Shown here one piece after another: positions 56,199 through 63,922 of a stretch of DNA of 64,000 bases. The DNA lies in assembly GCA_963765865.1 (NCBI GenBank), contig CAVXYE010000005.1:59854-123853 (forward strand). Direction: 5' to 3'. The notes under the pieces were generated by a model, which saw only the letters and a program-made list of their open reading frames with translations, searched no databases and had not been told where the DNA came from. Each line of letters starts with the position of its first letter. Position 1 is the stretch's first letter. Both the position numbers and the translations under genes were made by a program. This DNA comes from an uncultured Actinomycetes bacterium (GTDB lineage: Bacteria; Actinomycetota; UBA4738; HRBIN12).

Positions 56199-57557
56199 TC
56201 AGGCGGTGGCCGGGTGGAGCTGTTCCAGCTGGAACCGCTCCTTCAACGAGGTCAAGACCGCGATGAGCTCTTCGATCTCGTCATCCCCGTTGGCCGCCGT
56301 GACCTGGATACGGAACCCCACCTCGCTCTTGGGCGCCAGCGGGTACGCGGCCATCGTGACGTAGATCCCGTGCTCGAACAGGTACCGGCCGACGTCGTCG
56401 ATCTCCTCGTGGTTGGCGAGCGGGATCTCGATGATGGGATGCCCCGACGTGTTCGGCGTATGGATCCCGAGGGTGCGCATCGCGTCGAGCACGCGCGCGG
56501 TCTTCCGCCACACATCCAGGCGCACCAGGTCCCCTCGTCTCCGGTTCACCTCGAGTCCGGTGAGCACGGTCGCGAGCGATGCGACCGGCGACGGCCCGGA
56601 GTAGAGGTAGGGAGGGGCGAGCACCTTCAGCGCGTCCTTCAAGGGCGTGGTGAGCGACATGAACGCGAGCAGAGAGGAGTAGGACTTCGAGAAGCCGGCA
56701 ACCAGCACGGCATCGTCGTAGGACACGTCGAGGTGCCGGAACACGCTGTTGCCCGAGGTGCCGTAGTCACAGAGCTCATCGGGCGAGCGCTCACCGATCA
56801 GGCCGAAGCCGTGCGCGTCATCCACGTACAGCAGGCAGTGGTGCTCCGTCGCCAGGCGGGAGAAGGCGGCCAGGTCGGGTGCGTTCCCCGTCATCGAGTT
56901 GACACCGTCCATGGCGATCACCCGCGGCGATGGATACATCGCGTCGTCGAGCAGCTCGGCCAGGTGCTCGGGGTCGTTGTGCCGGAACCGGACGATCGAG
57001 GCCCCGTGTCCGGCCGCGTACATCGCCCCGTCGTACATCGTCTTGTGGGCGCGGCCGTCGAGGAAGATCGTCCCATCGCCGACCAGCACCGGGATCACCG
57101 ACGTGTGGATGTGGGTGATCGTCGGCAGCACGAGCACATCGGGAGCGTTCAGGAGCTCCGTCATCTGCTCTTCGATCTCCGGGTACATCCTGGGATTGCC
57201 CAGGAGGCGCGACCACGAAGGGTGCGTTCCCCACTTCGCGAGGTACTCGGGCACCGACGCGATGATCTCCTCGTCGAGGTCGAAGCCGAGGTAGTTGCAG
57301 CTGGCGAAGTCCGCCAGCCACCGATCGCCGATCCGGATCCTGCGACCCCGTTGCTCCTCGATGATCGCGTCCATCATCGGGTGGGTGTTCGTGAGCCGCG
57401 TGAGGTCCGAGACCGTCAGCGCCCATCGATCGAGCCAGCCGTCGTCCTGTCGACGACGCGGTTTGCCGTTCGGCGACGGGAGGGCGGCCTCGACCGTCGC
57501 GCTCTGCCCAGGTGCTTCCGGGGCGCGCGGCGGCCGTGCAGGAACGGTTCGTCCCAT
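56199..57557 (-). CDS. Alpha-oxoamine synthase family PLP enzyme (AONS/KBL/serine-palmitoyltransferase-like)
   Basis: The fold-type I pattern is FASCNYLGF, VDDAHGFG and AGFSKSY (PLP Lys). The start is set at the ATG at 57557. An alternative MM start at 57377 would remove a 60-aa N-extension. The ORF-track extension to 58538 is rejected. Confidence 0.75.
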   Translation of the reverse strand: MGRTVPARPPRAPEAPGQSATVEAALPSPNGKPRRRQDDGWLDRWALTVSDLTRLTNTHPMMDAIIEEQRGRRIRIGDRWLADFASCNYLGFDLDEEIIASVPEYLAKWGTHPSWSRLLGNPRMYPEIEEQMTELLNAPDVLVLPTITHIHTSVIPVLVGDGTIFLDGRAHKTMYDGAMYAAGHGASIVRFRHNDPEHLAELLDDAMYPSPRVIAMDGVNSMTGNAPDLAAFSRLATEHHCLLYVDDAHGFGLIGERSPDELCDYGTSGNSVFRHLDVSYDDAVLVAGFSKSYSSLLAFMSLTTPLKDALKVLAPPYLYSGPSPVASLATVLTGLEVNRRRGDLVRLDVWRKTARVLDAMRTLGIHTPNTSGHPIIEIPLANHEEIDDVGRYLFEHGIYVTMAAYPLAPKSEVGFRIQVTAANGDDEIEELIAVLTSLKERFQLEQLHPATA

Positions 57558-57605
57558 GGTGCTAGTCCATCGGCGCCGAACCGGCCGCCTTGAGGTACCG
57601 GCCGT

Positions 57606-58514
57606 ATGCTCCGGCGGATGCCTGGAGGGCCACGGATAGGGATCCAGCTTCCGGAAGCCGAGCGGAAGGTCTCGATCGGGGAGTACCTCGCCATGGCCCG
57701 AGCGGCGGAGGAGGCCGGGTTCGACTCGATCTGGGTGGGAGATCACCTGCTCTACCGCGACGAGGGCCCGGAACGAGGACCCCTGGAAGCGTTCACGCTC
57801 CTCGCCGCGATCGCGACCGCGACCACCGGGATCAGACTCGGACCGCTCGTTGCCTGCACCGCGTTCCGCCACCCGCCGGTCCTCGCGAAGATGGCCGCCA
57901 CCCTGGACGAGATCAGCCGCGGCCGGCTGACCCTCGGTCTGGGCGCGGGGTGGAACCGAGCCGAGTTCGAGGCGTTCGGTCTGCCCTTCGACGGGAGAGC
58001 GGCTCGATCCATCGAGGCGTTCCAGATCGTCCGTGGGTTGCTCGCGGGGGAGCGGGTGACGTTCGAAGGGGATGGGTACGGCACGGACGACGCGGTCCTG
58101 CTGCCCCCGATGGCTCATCGTATCCCCCTCATGATCGGCAGCATGGGAGAACGGGTCCTGGAGGCGACCTTGCCGTCGGTCGATACGTGGAACGTCTGGG
58201 GGCCGTGGTGCGGGAACGATCCGGCTGGGTTCGAGGAGCAGAACGAACGCGTGACGCGGATCGCGCGCCGTCTCGGGAGGGATCCGGAGACCGTCGCCCG
58301 AAGCGTCTGCGTCTTCACCGCGATCGACCTCGTGCCCGGTGAGGAGCCGGTGGACGAAGATGCTCCTCCCCTCACCGGTTCCATGGTGGACATCGCGGCC
58401 GGCCTCCGCGCGTTCGCGGAGGCCGGCGCCGACGAGGTGATCGTGATCCCGAGCCCGAACACCGAACGCGCGATCCGCGCGTTCGGTGAGGCCCTCGCGC
58501 TGCTGTCCCAGTGA
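57606..58514 (+). CDS. LLM-class (luciferase-like) F420-dependent oxidoreductase
   Basis: 302 aa. GFDSIWVGDHLL, ATLDEISRGRLTLGLGAGW and FE.FG.PF. Confidence 0.85.
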   Translation: MLRRMPGGPRIGIQLPEAERKVSIGEYLAMARAAEEAGFDSIWVGDHLLYRDEGPERGPLEAFTLLAAIATATTGIRLGPLVACTAFRHPPVLAKMAATLDEISRGRLTLGLGAGWNRAEFEAFGLPFDGRAARSIEAFQIVRGLLAGERVTFEGDGYGTDDAVLLPPMAHRIPLMIGSMGERVLEATLPSVDTWNVWGPWCGNDPAGFEEQNERVTRIARRLGRDPETVARSVCVFTAIDLVPGEEPVDEDAPPLTGSMVDIAAGLRAFAEAGADEVIVIPSPNTERAIRAFGEALALLSQ

Positions 58515-58544
58515 ACCGAGCCGGACCCGTAACCGCAACCACTC

Positions 58545-59102
58545 GTGGGTGGTATGCGTCTACCAGGTATGAGCCGACTCGCAACGCGGGAGGATGCGTA
58601 CGTGACCGATGGGCCGGGCGGCCGTCTCGGCGAGCTCTTCGTCCGCCATGCGGCTGAGGCGACCCGCCTCGCCTACCTGTTGACGGGGGATCGCCAGCTC
58701 GCCGAGGACCTCGTCCAGGATGCCTTCGTCAAGCTCGCCGGGCGGCTGGTGCACCTCAGGGATCCGGGTGCCTTCGACGCCTACCTGCGAAGGACGGTCG
58801 TCAACCTGGCGAATTCACATTTCCGGAGGAAGCGGGTCGAGCGCACCTATCTCAGCCGCACGGCGGCGGAGCCGCCGGTCTTCGGCGAGGCGCCGGACAC
58901 CGGCCGCCGTGACGAGCTGTGGAAGGGCCTCCAGCGGCTGCCGATCCGTCAGCGGACGGCCATCGTGCTTCGCGTCTACGAGGACCTTCCGGAGGATCGA
59001 GTGGCCGACATCCTCGGTTGCCGGCCGGGAACGGTGCGATCCCTCGTGTCCCGAGGCCTCGCGGAGTTACGTGTCCATGTGAGGAGCGATGATGATGGAT
59101 GA
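58545..59102 (+). CDS. ECF (SigE-like) RNA polymerase sigma factor
   Basis: 185 aa. Region 2 (AEDLVQDAFVKL...DAYLRRTVVN) and region 4 (LPIRQRTAIVLRVYEDLPEDRVADILGCRPGTVRSLVSRG). Confidence 0.85.
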   Translation: MGGMRLPGMSRLATREDAYVTDGPGGRLGELFVRHAAEATRLAYLLTGDRQLAEDLVQDAFVKLAGRLVHLRDPGAFDAYLRRTVVNLANSHFRRKRVERTYLSRTAAEPPVFGEAPDTGRRDELWKGLQRLPIRQRTAIVLRVYEDLPEDRVADILGCRPGTVRSLVSRGLAELRVHVRSDDDG

Positions 59103-59790
59103 CGATCTGAGGCAGCTGGATGGGGTGCTCCGGGATCGGGCAGCGGAGGTTCCGCAGGTCCAGGATGTCCCCCCGACGATGGTCGCGCGAGCGCGGCGGA
59201 GGGTTGCGCGGAACGCCGTGGTGTTCGTGCTCGGAGCCGCGGCGATCGTGGTCGGTGCCTCCGCGGGTCTCGCCACCCTCGGGGCGCAACACGGCCCCGG
59301 CGTCGCGATCCCAGGAGACTCGGGGAGCTCGGCTCCTTCGACCGCGTGTGCGGCCCCGGACCTGCGAGCCGAGGTCTCGCTCGGAGGGGCGATGGGATCG
59401 GTGGAGGGCTCGATCCGGCTGACGAACGTCGGCGGAGCGACCTGCACCCTCTCGGGCCGGCCGACCGTGTCGATCTTCAGCTCGCAGGGAGACGAGGTGG
59501 CCCTTCAGGTCACTGCGAGCGAGCCTCAGTGGCAGGCGGACGGCGCGCCGGAACCAGCAGGGTGGCCGGTGGTCAGTCTGCAGCCCGGATCGGCGGCTTC
59601 CGTACGCGTCCGCTGGTCGAACGCCTGTCCGCAACTCTCGGGTCCGGCGTCTTGGAAGCTCGACATCGGGAACGGCGGCGGAACCTTGGACGTGTCCGGC
59701 GCGGACGCCAGCCTCGTGCCTCCCTGCAACGGGCCTTCCGAGCCGTCTACGCTCGAGGTCGGACCGTTCGAACCCCGCGCCGGCGCTTGA
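59089..59790 (+). CDS. Membrane protein with an extracytoplasmic DUF4232 domain (anti-sigma position)
   Basis: 233 aa. It overlaps the sigma gene's 3' end by 14 nt. It has a single TM (AVVFVLGAAAIVVGASAGL) and the DUF4232 pattern C..DL......G.MGS....I.L.N.GG..C.L.G.P. Confidence 0.6.
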   Translation: MMMDDDLRQLDGVLRDRAAEVPQVQDVPPTMVARARRRVARNAVVFVLGAAAIVVGASAGLATLGAQHGPGVAIPGDSGSSAPSTACAAPDLRAEVSLGGAMGSVEGSIRLTNVGGATCTLSGRPTVSIFSSQGDEVALQVTASEPQWQADGAPEPAGWPVVSLQPGSAASVRVRWSNACPQLSGPASWKLDIGNGGGTLDVSGADASLVPPCNGPSEPSTLEVGPFEPRAGA

Positions 59791-59821
59791 GCCGACGCCT
59801 GGAAGAAGGAGGAACCATCTG

Positions 59822-60331
59822 ATGCGACGGATACGTGCTTCGTTGGTCGGTGCCACGTTGGCCGCGATCGTCGTTCTGGCGGCCCTGCCCGCTGTCTCGA
59901 CCGCGCTCCAGGCTGCGCCGCCCGCGAGCTGTGTGCGGAACCAACTCGGTGTCCGAGCGAACGGCATCAACGGCGCCGCCGGCACGATCCACGGGGCCTG
60001 GGTGTTCACGAACCTCTCCACGAGAGCCTGCGATCTGGATGGGTACCCGGACCTGCAGCTCTACGGTCGCGCCGGACGTCCGATGCCCACGACCGTGAAG
60101 CGCAACCTGCCGCCGGCGCCCAGCCACGTGAAGCTATCGCCGGGCGGATCCGCCACGTTCTACACCAGCTACAACGACGTGCCCTCCGGTTCGCACGCGT
60201 GCCAGACGTCGGCGGTGATCCAGATCACGCCCCCGAACGCGGCCGCGTCGTTGTTCATCCCGGCGCGCCTCGAAGCGTGTCGCGGCATCGTGCACGTCTC
60301 AGCGGTGCGCGGCGGCATCCACCACGCGTAG
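59822..60331 (+). CDS. Secreted DUF4232 domain protein
   Basis: 169 aa with a signal peptide, then C..NQL......GAAG...G...F.N.S...C.L.GYP. Confidence 0.65.
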   Translation: MRRIRASLVGATLAAIVVLAALPAVSTALQAAPPASCVRNQLGVRANGINGAAGTIHGAWVFTNLSTRACDLDGYPDLQLYGRAGRPMPTTVKRNLPPAPSHVKLSPGGSATFYTSYNDVPSGSHACQTSAVIQITPPNAAASLFIPARLEACRGIVHVSAVRGGIHHA

Positions 60332-60347
60332 CCGTCTGATCCGCATC

Positions 60348-60389
60348 GGCCGCGGGGGTCACGCGTATCGATTGCGTGGCCCCGCGGCC
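60348..60389. terminator. Long GC hairpin between convergent genes (a second short hairpin lies at 60393-60408)
   Basis: GGCCGCGGGG at 60348-60357 pairs with CCCCGCGGCC at 60380-60389, and there is an inner CACGC/GCGTG stem. GAGCCC-TGAA-GGGCTC follows. There is no T-tract. Confidence 0.4.
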
Positions 60390-60406
60390 GAGGAGCCCTG
60401 AAGGGC

Positions 60407-60667
60407 TCACGTGGCGTCTACGCGTCCGAGCGCGGCCTCCTCGTCTTGTTTCACTTCGACCCTGGCAGCCTGCCACGCGGACCAGTGGCCGGATACCAGC
60501 GCCCACAGCGAGAGTGATGCCACATACGCCACGCTGTTGATCCACCCGGTGGCGATCGAGATGGGGATCATCACGATCCAGACGAGCGTGAGCCATCCGT
60601 TCACACGGCGCATGAACACCGGGTCGCCTTGGACCGATGCCCAGAGCGTCTTCATCATCTCGGTCAT
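60407..60667 (-). CDS. Small membrane protein (86 aa, two TM helices)
   Basis: Translation is MTEMMKTLW...GWLTLVWIVMIPISIATGW..VAYVASLSLWALVSGHW. Codon bias is good. Confidence 0.5.
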   Translation of the reverse strand: MTEMMKTLWASVQGDPVFMRRVNGWLTLVWIVMIPISIATGWINSVAYVASLSLWALVSGHWSAWQAARVEVKQDEEAALGRVDAT

Positions 60668-60731
60668 CGCTCGCCTGCTCCTTCTCTCGATCCTCGGCTC
60701 TCGATCCCGTGCGAAACACGGGGGTGCCCCG

Positions 60732-60875
60732 TCAGGCCGCGATGACGAGTGCCACGCCGAGCGTCACGACGCCGAGCGCCACCAGGTGCAGGGCGCTAAC
60801 GCCGAACGCGTGGCTCGTGAAGATCGCGAGGACGCCGAGAACGATGGCGACCACCGCGAGGATCCGTCGGATCAT
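60732..60875 (-). CDS. Small hydrophobic protein (47 aa), not in the supplied ORF track
   Basis: AAGGAG RBS 8 nt before the ATG at 60875. Translation is MIRRILAVVAIVLGVLAIFTSHAFGVSALHLVALGVVTLGVALVIAA (two TM helices) with high GC3. Confidence 0.4.
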   Translation of the reverse strand: MIRRILAVVAIVLGVLAIFTSHAFGVSALHLVALGVVTLGVALVIAA

Positions 60876-60919
60876 GGCGTTCCGCTCCTTCTTGGACCCT
60901 TCCGGGACTCGTCCGTCTC

Positions 60920-60945
60920 ATTCCCCGGAAGGAGCCGGTCGAACC
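60920..60945 (-). promoter_or_regulatory. SigB/SigF-type promoter candidate (GTTC-N15-GGGAAT)
   Basis: On the minus strand, GGTTC at 60945-60941, a spacer, then GGGGAAT at 60926-60920. It lies 44 nt upstream of the 60875 ATG. Confidence 0.45.
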
Positions 60946-60963
60946 ATCCCGGGGCCTGAACGC

Positions 60964-60988
60964 GGTTCGGTTCCGAGCAGATGGGTAC
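60964..60988 (+). promoter_or_regulatory. SigB/SigF-type promoter candidate (GGTT-N15-GGGTAC)
   Basis: GGTT at 60964-60967, a 15-nt spacer, then GGGTAC at 60983-60988. It lies 30 nt upstream of the 61019 ATG. Confidence 0.45.
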
Positions 60989-61018
60989 AGGAAGGGCAGC
61001 GACGGGTGGTGATCGGAG

Positions 61019-61480
61019 ATGGGCCAACATGGTGCCGCCTCGGCGGCGGGGACGACCTGGCGGCTGGAGCTGAGCGTCCCCCCGGATCTGAGCGCGCTCG
61101 CAGAGGTGCGTCGATCCTTCGATGCCTTCGGATTGCCTCCCGGCGTACGGAAGGATGCGCAGCTCCTCGTGACGGAACTGGTGTCGAACAGCATCCGGCA
61201 CGCGGAGCTGCGCGTGGGTGAACGCATCCGGATCTGGGCCGGGTGGTCGGGCCGCCGTCTGAAGGTGATCGTCCGTGATCGCGACGACGGCCAACCGAGC
61301 CAACCCGTAGGGATCGCCGGAAGCATCAGGCCCGCTCCGGGGGCGGAATCGGGCTGGGGTCTGTTCATCGTCAACCAGCTGGCCACCCGCTGGGGAGCGA
61401 TCCACGATGGGGGCTCCGGCTACTGGTTCGAACTCGACGCGTCGCGGCCCGAGGTTCGCGACCAGAACGACCAGAACTAA
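61019..61480 (+). CDS. ATP-binding protein of the RsbW/SpoIIAB anti-sigma Ser-kinase type (HATPase_c_2)
   Basis: 153 aa. LLVTELVSNSIRHA (N-box-like), VRDRDDG and GWGLFIVNQLATRWG. Confidence 0.7.
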   Translation: MGQHGAASAAGTTWRLELSVPPDLSALAEVRRSFDAFGLPPGVRKDAQLLVTELVSNSIRHAELRVGERIRIWAGWSGRRLKVIVRDRDDGQPSQPVGIAGSIRPAPGAESGWGLFIVNQLATRWGAIHDGGSGYWFELDASRPEVRDQNDQN

Positions 61481-61815
61481 GAGCGCGGATCCTCTTCCTC
61501 GGCGATCGCGGCGGGTGTCCCTTCCCGCTTCCGGACGACCACGAACCGCTCATCCGTCCGAACGGGCTCCTCCACATCGGGCGAGACGTGCGAGTGATGG
61601 ACCACGAACGTACGAGGGTCCGCTCGCACAGCTTCGTACTCCTGGATCGTGATGGCGATCAAGCTCGAGCAGTCCGGACGACCGCACTCGCAGACCATCC
61701 GAACGTACTCCCCCGGGGTTGCCGGACGGGCGTCCTCGATCCCTTCATTGATCTCACGTGAGGATGCCTCGTTCCGCGCGATCCGAGCTTCACGCTCGCT
61801 CATCGTCGTCGCCAA
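61477..61815 (-). CDS. Conserved hypothetical protein (112 aa)
   Basis: Contains EREARIARNEASSREINEGIE...RMVCECGRPDCSSLIAITIQEYEAVR. Codon bias is good. It lies directly downstream of csbD. Confidence 0.5.
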   Translation of the reverse strand: MATTMSEREARIARNEASSREINEGIEDARPATPGEYVRMVCECGRPDCSSLIAITIQEYEAVRADPRTFVVHHSHVSPDVEEPVRTDERFVVVRKREGTPAAIAEEEDPRS

Positions 61816-61824
61816 GACGCTCCC

Positions 61825-62010
61825 TTACTTCTTCTTCGTCGTCACCTTGCGGGTCGTCTTCCCCGCGGCGTCTTGCACGGAGCCTTTCGCCTTCTGCATC
61901 GAGCCCTTCGCCTGCAGGCTCCGGTTCTTCGTCACGCGGCCGACCTCTTTCTTCACGCTGCCGACCGCCTTGTTCTTCTTGCCCTTCGCTTGCGTCTTGC
62001 TCCCAGCCAT
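61825..62010 (-). CDS. csbD: CsbD family general-stress protein
   Basis: 61 aa counted from MAGSKTQAKGKKNKAVGSVKKEVG...LQAKG..QKAKGSVQDAAGK, which is the CsbD repeat pattern. GGAGGTGG RBS. Confidence 0.8.
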   Translation of the reverse strand: MAGSKTQAKGKKNKAVGSVKKEVGRVTKNRSLQAKGSMQKAKGSVQDAAGKTTRKVTTKKK

Positions 62011-62042
62011 CGTGCCACCTCCATCGTGTCGTTGTATCGAAC

Positions 62043-62069
62043 GTTCCCCGCTCGTCGCGAGGCTCAAAC
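62043..62069 (-). promoter_or_regulatory. SigB/SigF-type promoter candidate (GTTT-N16-GGGGAAC)
   Basis: On the minus strand, GTTT at 62069-62066, a 16-nt spacer, then GGGGAAC at 62049-62043. It lies ~33 nt upstream of the csbD ATG. Confidence 0.45.
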
Positions 62070-62087
62070 ACGCGAGGGGACTGCCGG

Positions 62088-63041
62088 CTAGACGGCAGCG
62101 GTCGCGGCGCCGACGGGACGGCGGCTGACCTCGCCGTCACGAGGCGCGGGCGTGCCGGCGCGTACCGCCTCCAGCTGCGCTGCGACCGCACCGCCGTAGA
62201 GGACTCCCACGGACGCCAGGAACGCCCAGAGCCCGAGCGCGATGATCCCTGCCAGCGGTCCGTACGTCTGACCGAACGACGAGCTGAGACGGAAGAACAG
62301 GCTCAGCCCGATCGTCGAGAGCGTCCAGATGCCGACCGCCACGAACGATCCGAAGCCGAGCCACGACCAGGCAGGCTGGCGGCGACGCGGGGCCCACCGG
62401 TACAGCAGGGCGATCGCCACCATCGCGAGGGCGAGTCCGACCGGCCACCGGATCACGTTCCAGATCTGCACCGACGTATGCGACCCGAGCGATGCAGCGA
62501 CCGAACGACCCACGCCGAGCGTGACGAAGGCGGCCGTGATCAACAGCCCCGCGGTGATCGCGAGCACGAACGCGTGCAGGTACTTGCTGGCGGTGGGGCG
62601 ATCCTGTTCGATGCCGTAGATCCTGTTCAGTCCGCGCTCCAGCTGGCCCATCAGGATCGTGCCGGAGATCAGGACGGCCACGAGACCGAGGATCAGGGCC
62701 GTCGAGCGGTTCGACGCGCCGGCCTGATGCGCCTGGTCCACCGCCTGCGTCATCAGCTTGCCCGCAGGACCCGGCGCGGCGCTCTGAAGCGTCTTCACGA
62801 TCAGGTCGGTGAGGTTGCCTTGGCCGATCGCGCTGGCGAGACCGAGCACGATGATGACCCCTTGGATCACGATCAGCATCGAGACGAACGCCATGCTGCG
62901 AGCGTGACTCGTCCCGTCGGCGGCTCGGAACCGGCGGAAAGCGTCGCCCGCCAACCGAGCGCGGCCGGTGGTCCTGAGCGTCTCCCATGCGTCGTCCCCC
63001 GAGAGCTCCCATGTCTCCGGGACCGCGGCGGCCGTACTCAA
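62088..63041 (-). CDS. YihY/BrkB (virulence factor BrkB / former RNase BN) family membrane protein
   Basis: Contains FRRFRAADGTSHARSMAFVSMLIV... and six TMs. The start is placed at the TTG at 63041, which overlaps the upstream stop (TTGA). The longer ORF N-terminus overlaps the kinase gene. Confidence 0.8.
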   Translation of the reverse strand: MSTAAAVPETWELSGDDAWETLRTTGRARLAGDAFRRFRAADGTSHARSMAFVSMLIVIQGVIIVLGLASAIGQGNLTDLIVKTLQSAAPGPAGKLMTQAVDQAHQAGASNRSTALILGLVAVLISGTILMGQLERGLNRIYGIEQDRPTASKYLHAFVLAITAGLLITAAFVTLGVGRSVAASLGSHTSVQIWNVIRWPVGLALAMVAIALLYRWAPRRRQPAWSWLGFGSFVAVGIWTLSTIGLSLFFRLSSSFGQTYGPLAGIIALGLWAFLASVGVLYGGAVAAQLEAVRAGTPAPRDGEVSRRPVGAATAAV

Positions 63042-63922
63042 CTCGCATCCCCCCCTACGCAGATAGCGACAGCTGCTGGCTCGATCGAAACCCGGAAGCG
63101 CTTCTTGGACGTCCGATCGCCCCCATCGAGCTCGTACGGACGCTTGCGGTCGAGGCGGATGTCGAACGTTCGACCCGAGGACACGTGAACGAACGGTGAC
63201 CGCTCGGGACGGCTCATCACCGATCGTCCGAGCGTGCGAGCCCAATCCAGCAGGCCCCTCGCGGTCACGACGCCGATCTCGAGCTTCCCGTCATCGGGAA
63301 GCGCCTGGGGGAACAACGAGAGGCCCCCGAGGACGGTCCCGACGTTCCCGACGAGGACGCAGCTCGCCTTGCCCGAGAACCACCGCCGCCCGTCGACCCG
63401 GACCTTCATCGCGAAGCGCTGCTCACCGAGGTTCTTCGCCCCCGCCCAGACGTAGCCCAACTTGCCGGCGCGTCCCTTGAGGCCGTCTCCCATGTCGCGG
63501 ATCATCAGCGCGTCGAGCCCCGCTCCCGCCATCACCGCGAAGCGCTCACCGTTCATCACGCCGACGTCGAGCATCCGCCGCGAGCCGTGCAAGCCGATGT
63601 GGACGGCACGTTCGATGTCCTCCGGGATGCCGAGGTTCTTCGCCAGGAGGTTCGCCGTGCCGGCCGGAACGATGGCGATCGTGGTCGACGTCGTTGCGAC
63701 GGCGTCGATGCAGCGCTGGACCATCCCGTCCCCACCCCAGACGAAGAGGAGATCCGCGCCGTCGGCGACCGCCTCCTTCACCTTCTTCGGGGCCTTCTTG
63801 CTCTTCGGGACCTCGTACCAAAGGGGTGCGTCGACGCCCTCCCGCGCGAGAACGTCGCGCAACTCGGCGAGGCCTCCTCCGAGGGACTTGCCCGTATGCG
63901 CGAGCACCGCAACGGAGGTCAC
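63038..63922 (-). CDS. Diacylglycerol/lipid kinase family protein (YegS/BmrU type)
   Basis: 294 aa. Contains LLFVWGGDGMV and IVPAGTANLLAKNLGIP. Confidence 0.85.
   Translation of the reverse strand: MTSVAVLAHTGKSLGGGLAELRDVLAREGVDAPLWYEVPKSKKAPKKVKEAVADGADLLFVWGGDGMVQRCIDAVATTSTTIAIVPAGTANLLAKNLGIPEDIERAVHIGLHGSRRMLDVGVMNGERFAVMAGAGLDALMIRDMGDGLKGRAGKLGYVWAGAKNLGEQRFAMKVRVDGRRWFSGKASCVLVGNVGTVLGGLSLFPQALPDDGKLEIGVVTARGLLDWARTLGRSVMSRPERSPFVHVSSGRTFDIRLDRKRPYELDGGDRTSKKRFRVSIEPAAVAICVGGDAS

Noticed and set aside
57558-58538. 327-codon N-terminal extension of the alpha-oxoamine synthase ORF
   Set aside because: It is antisense to the well-supported LLM oxidoreductase gene and reads as junk.
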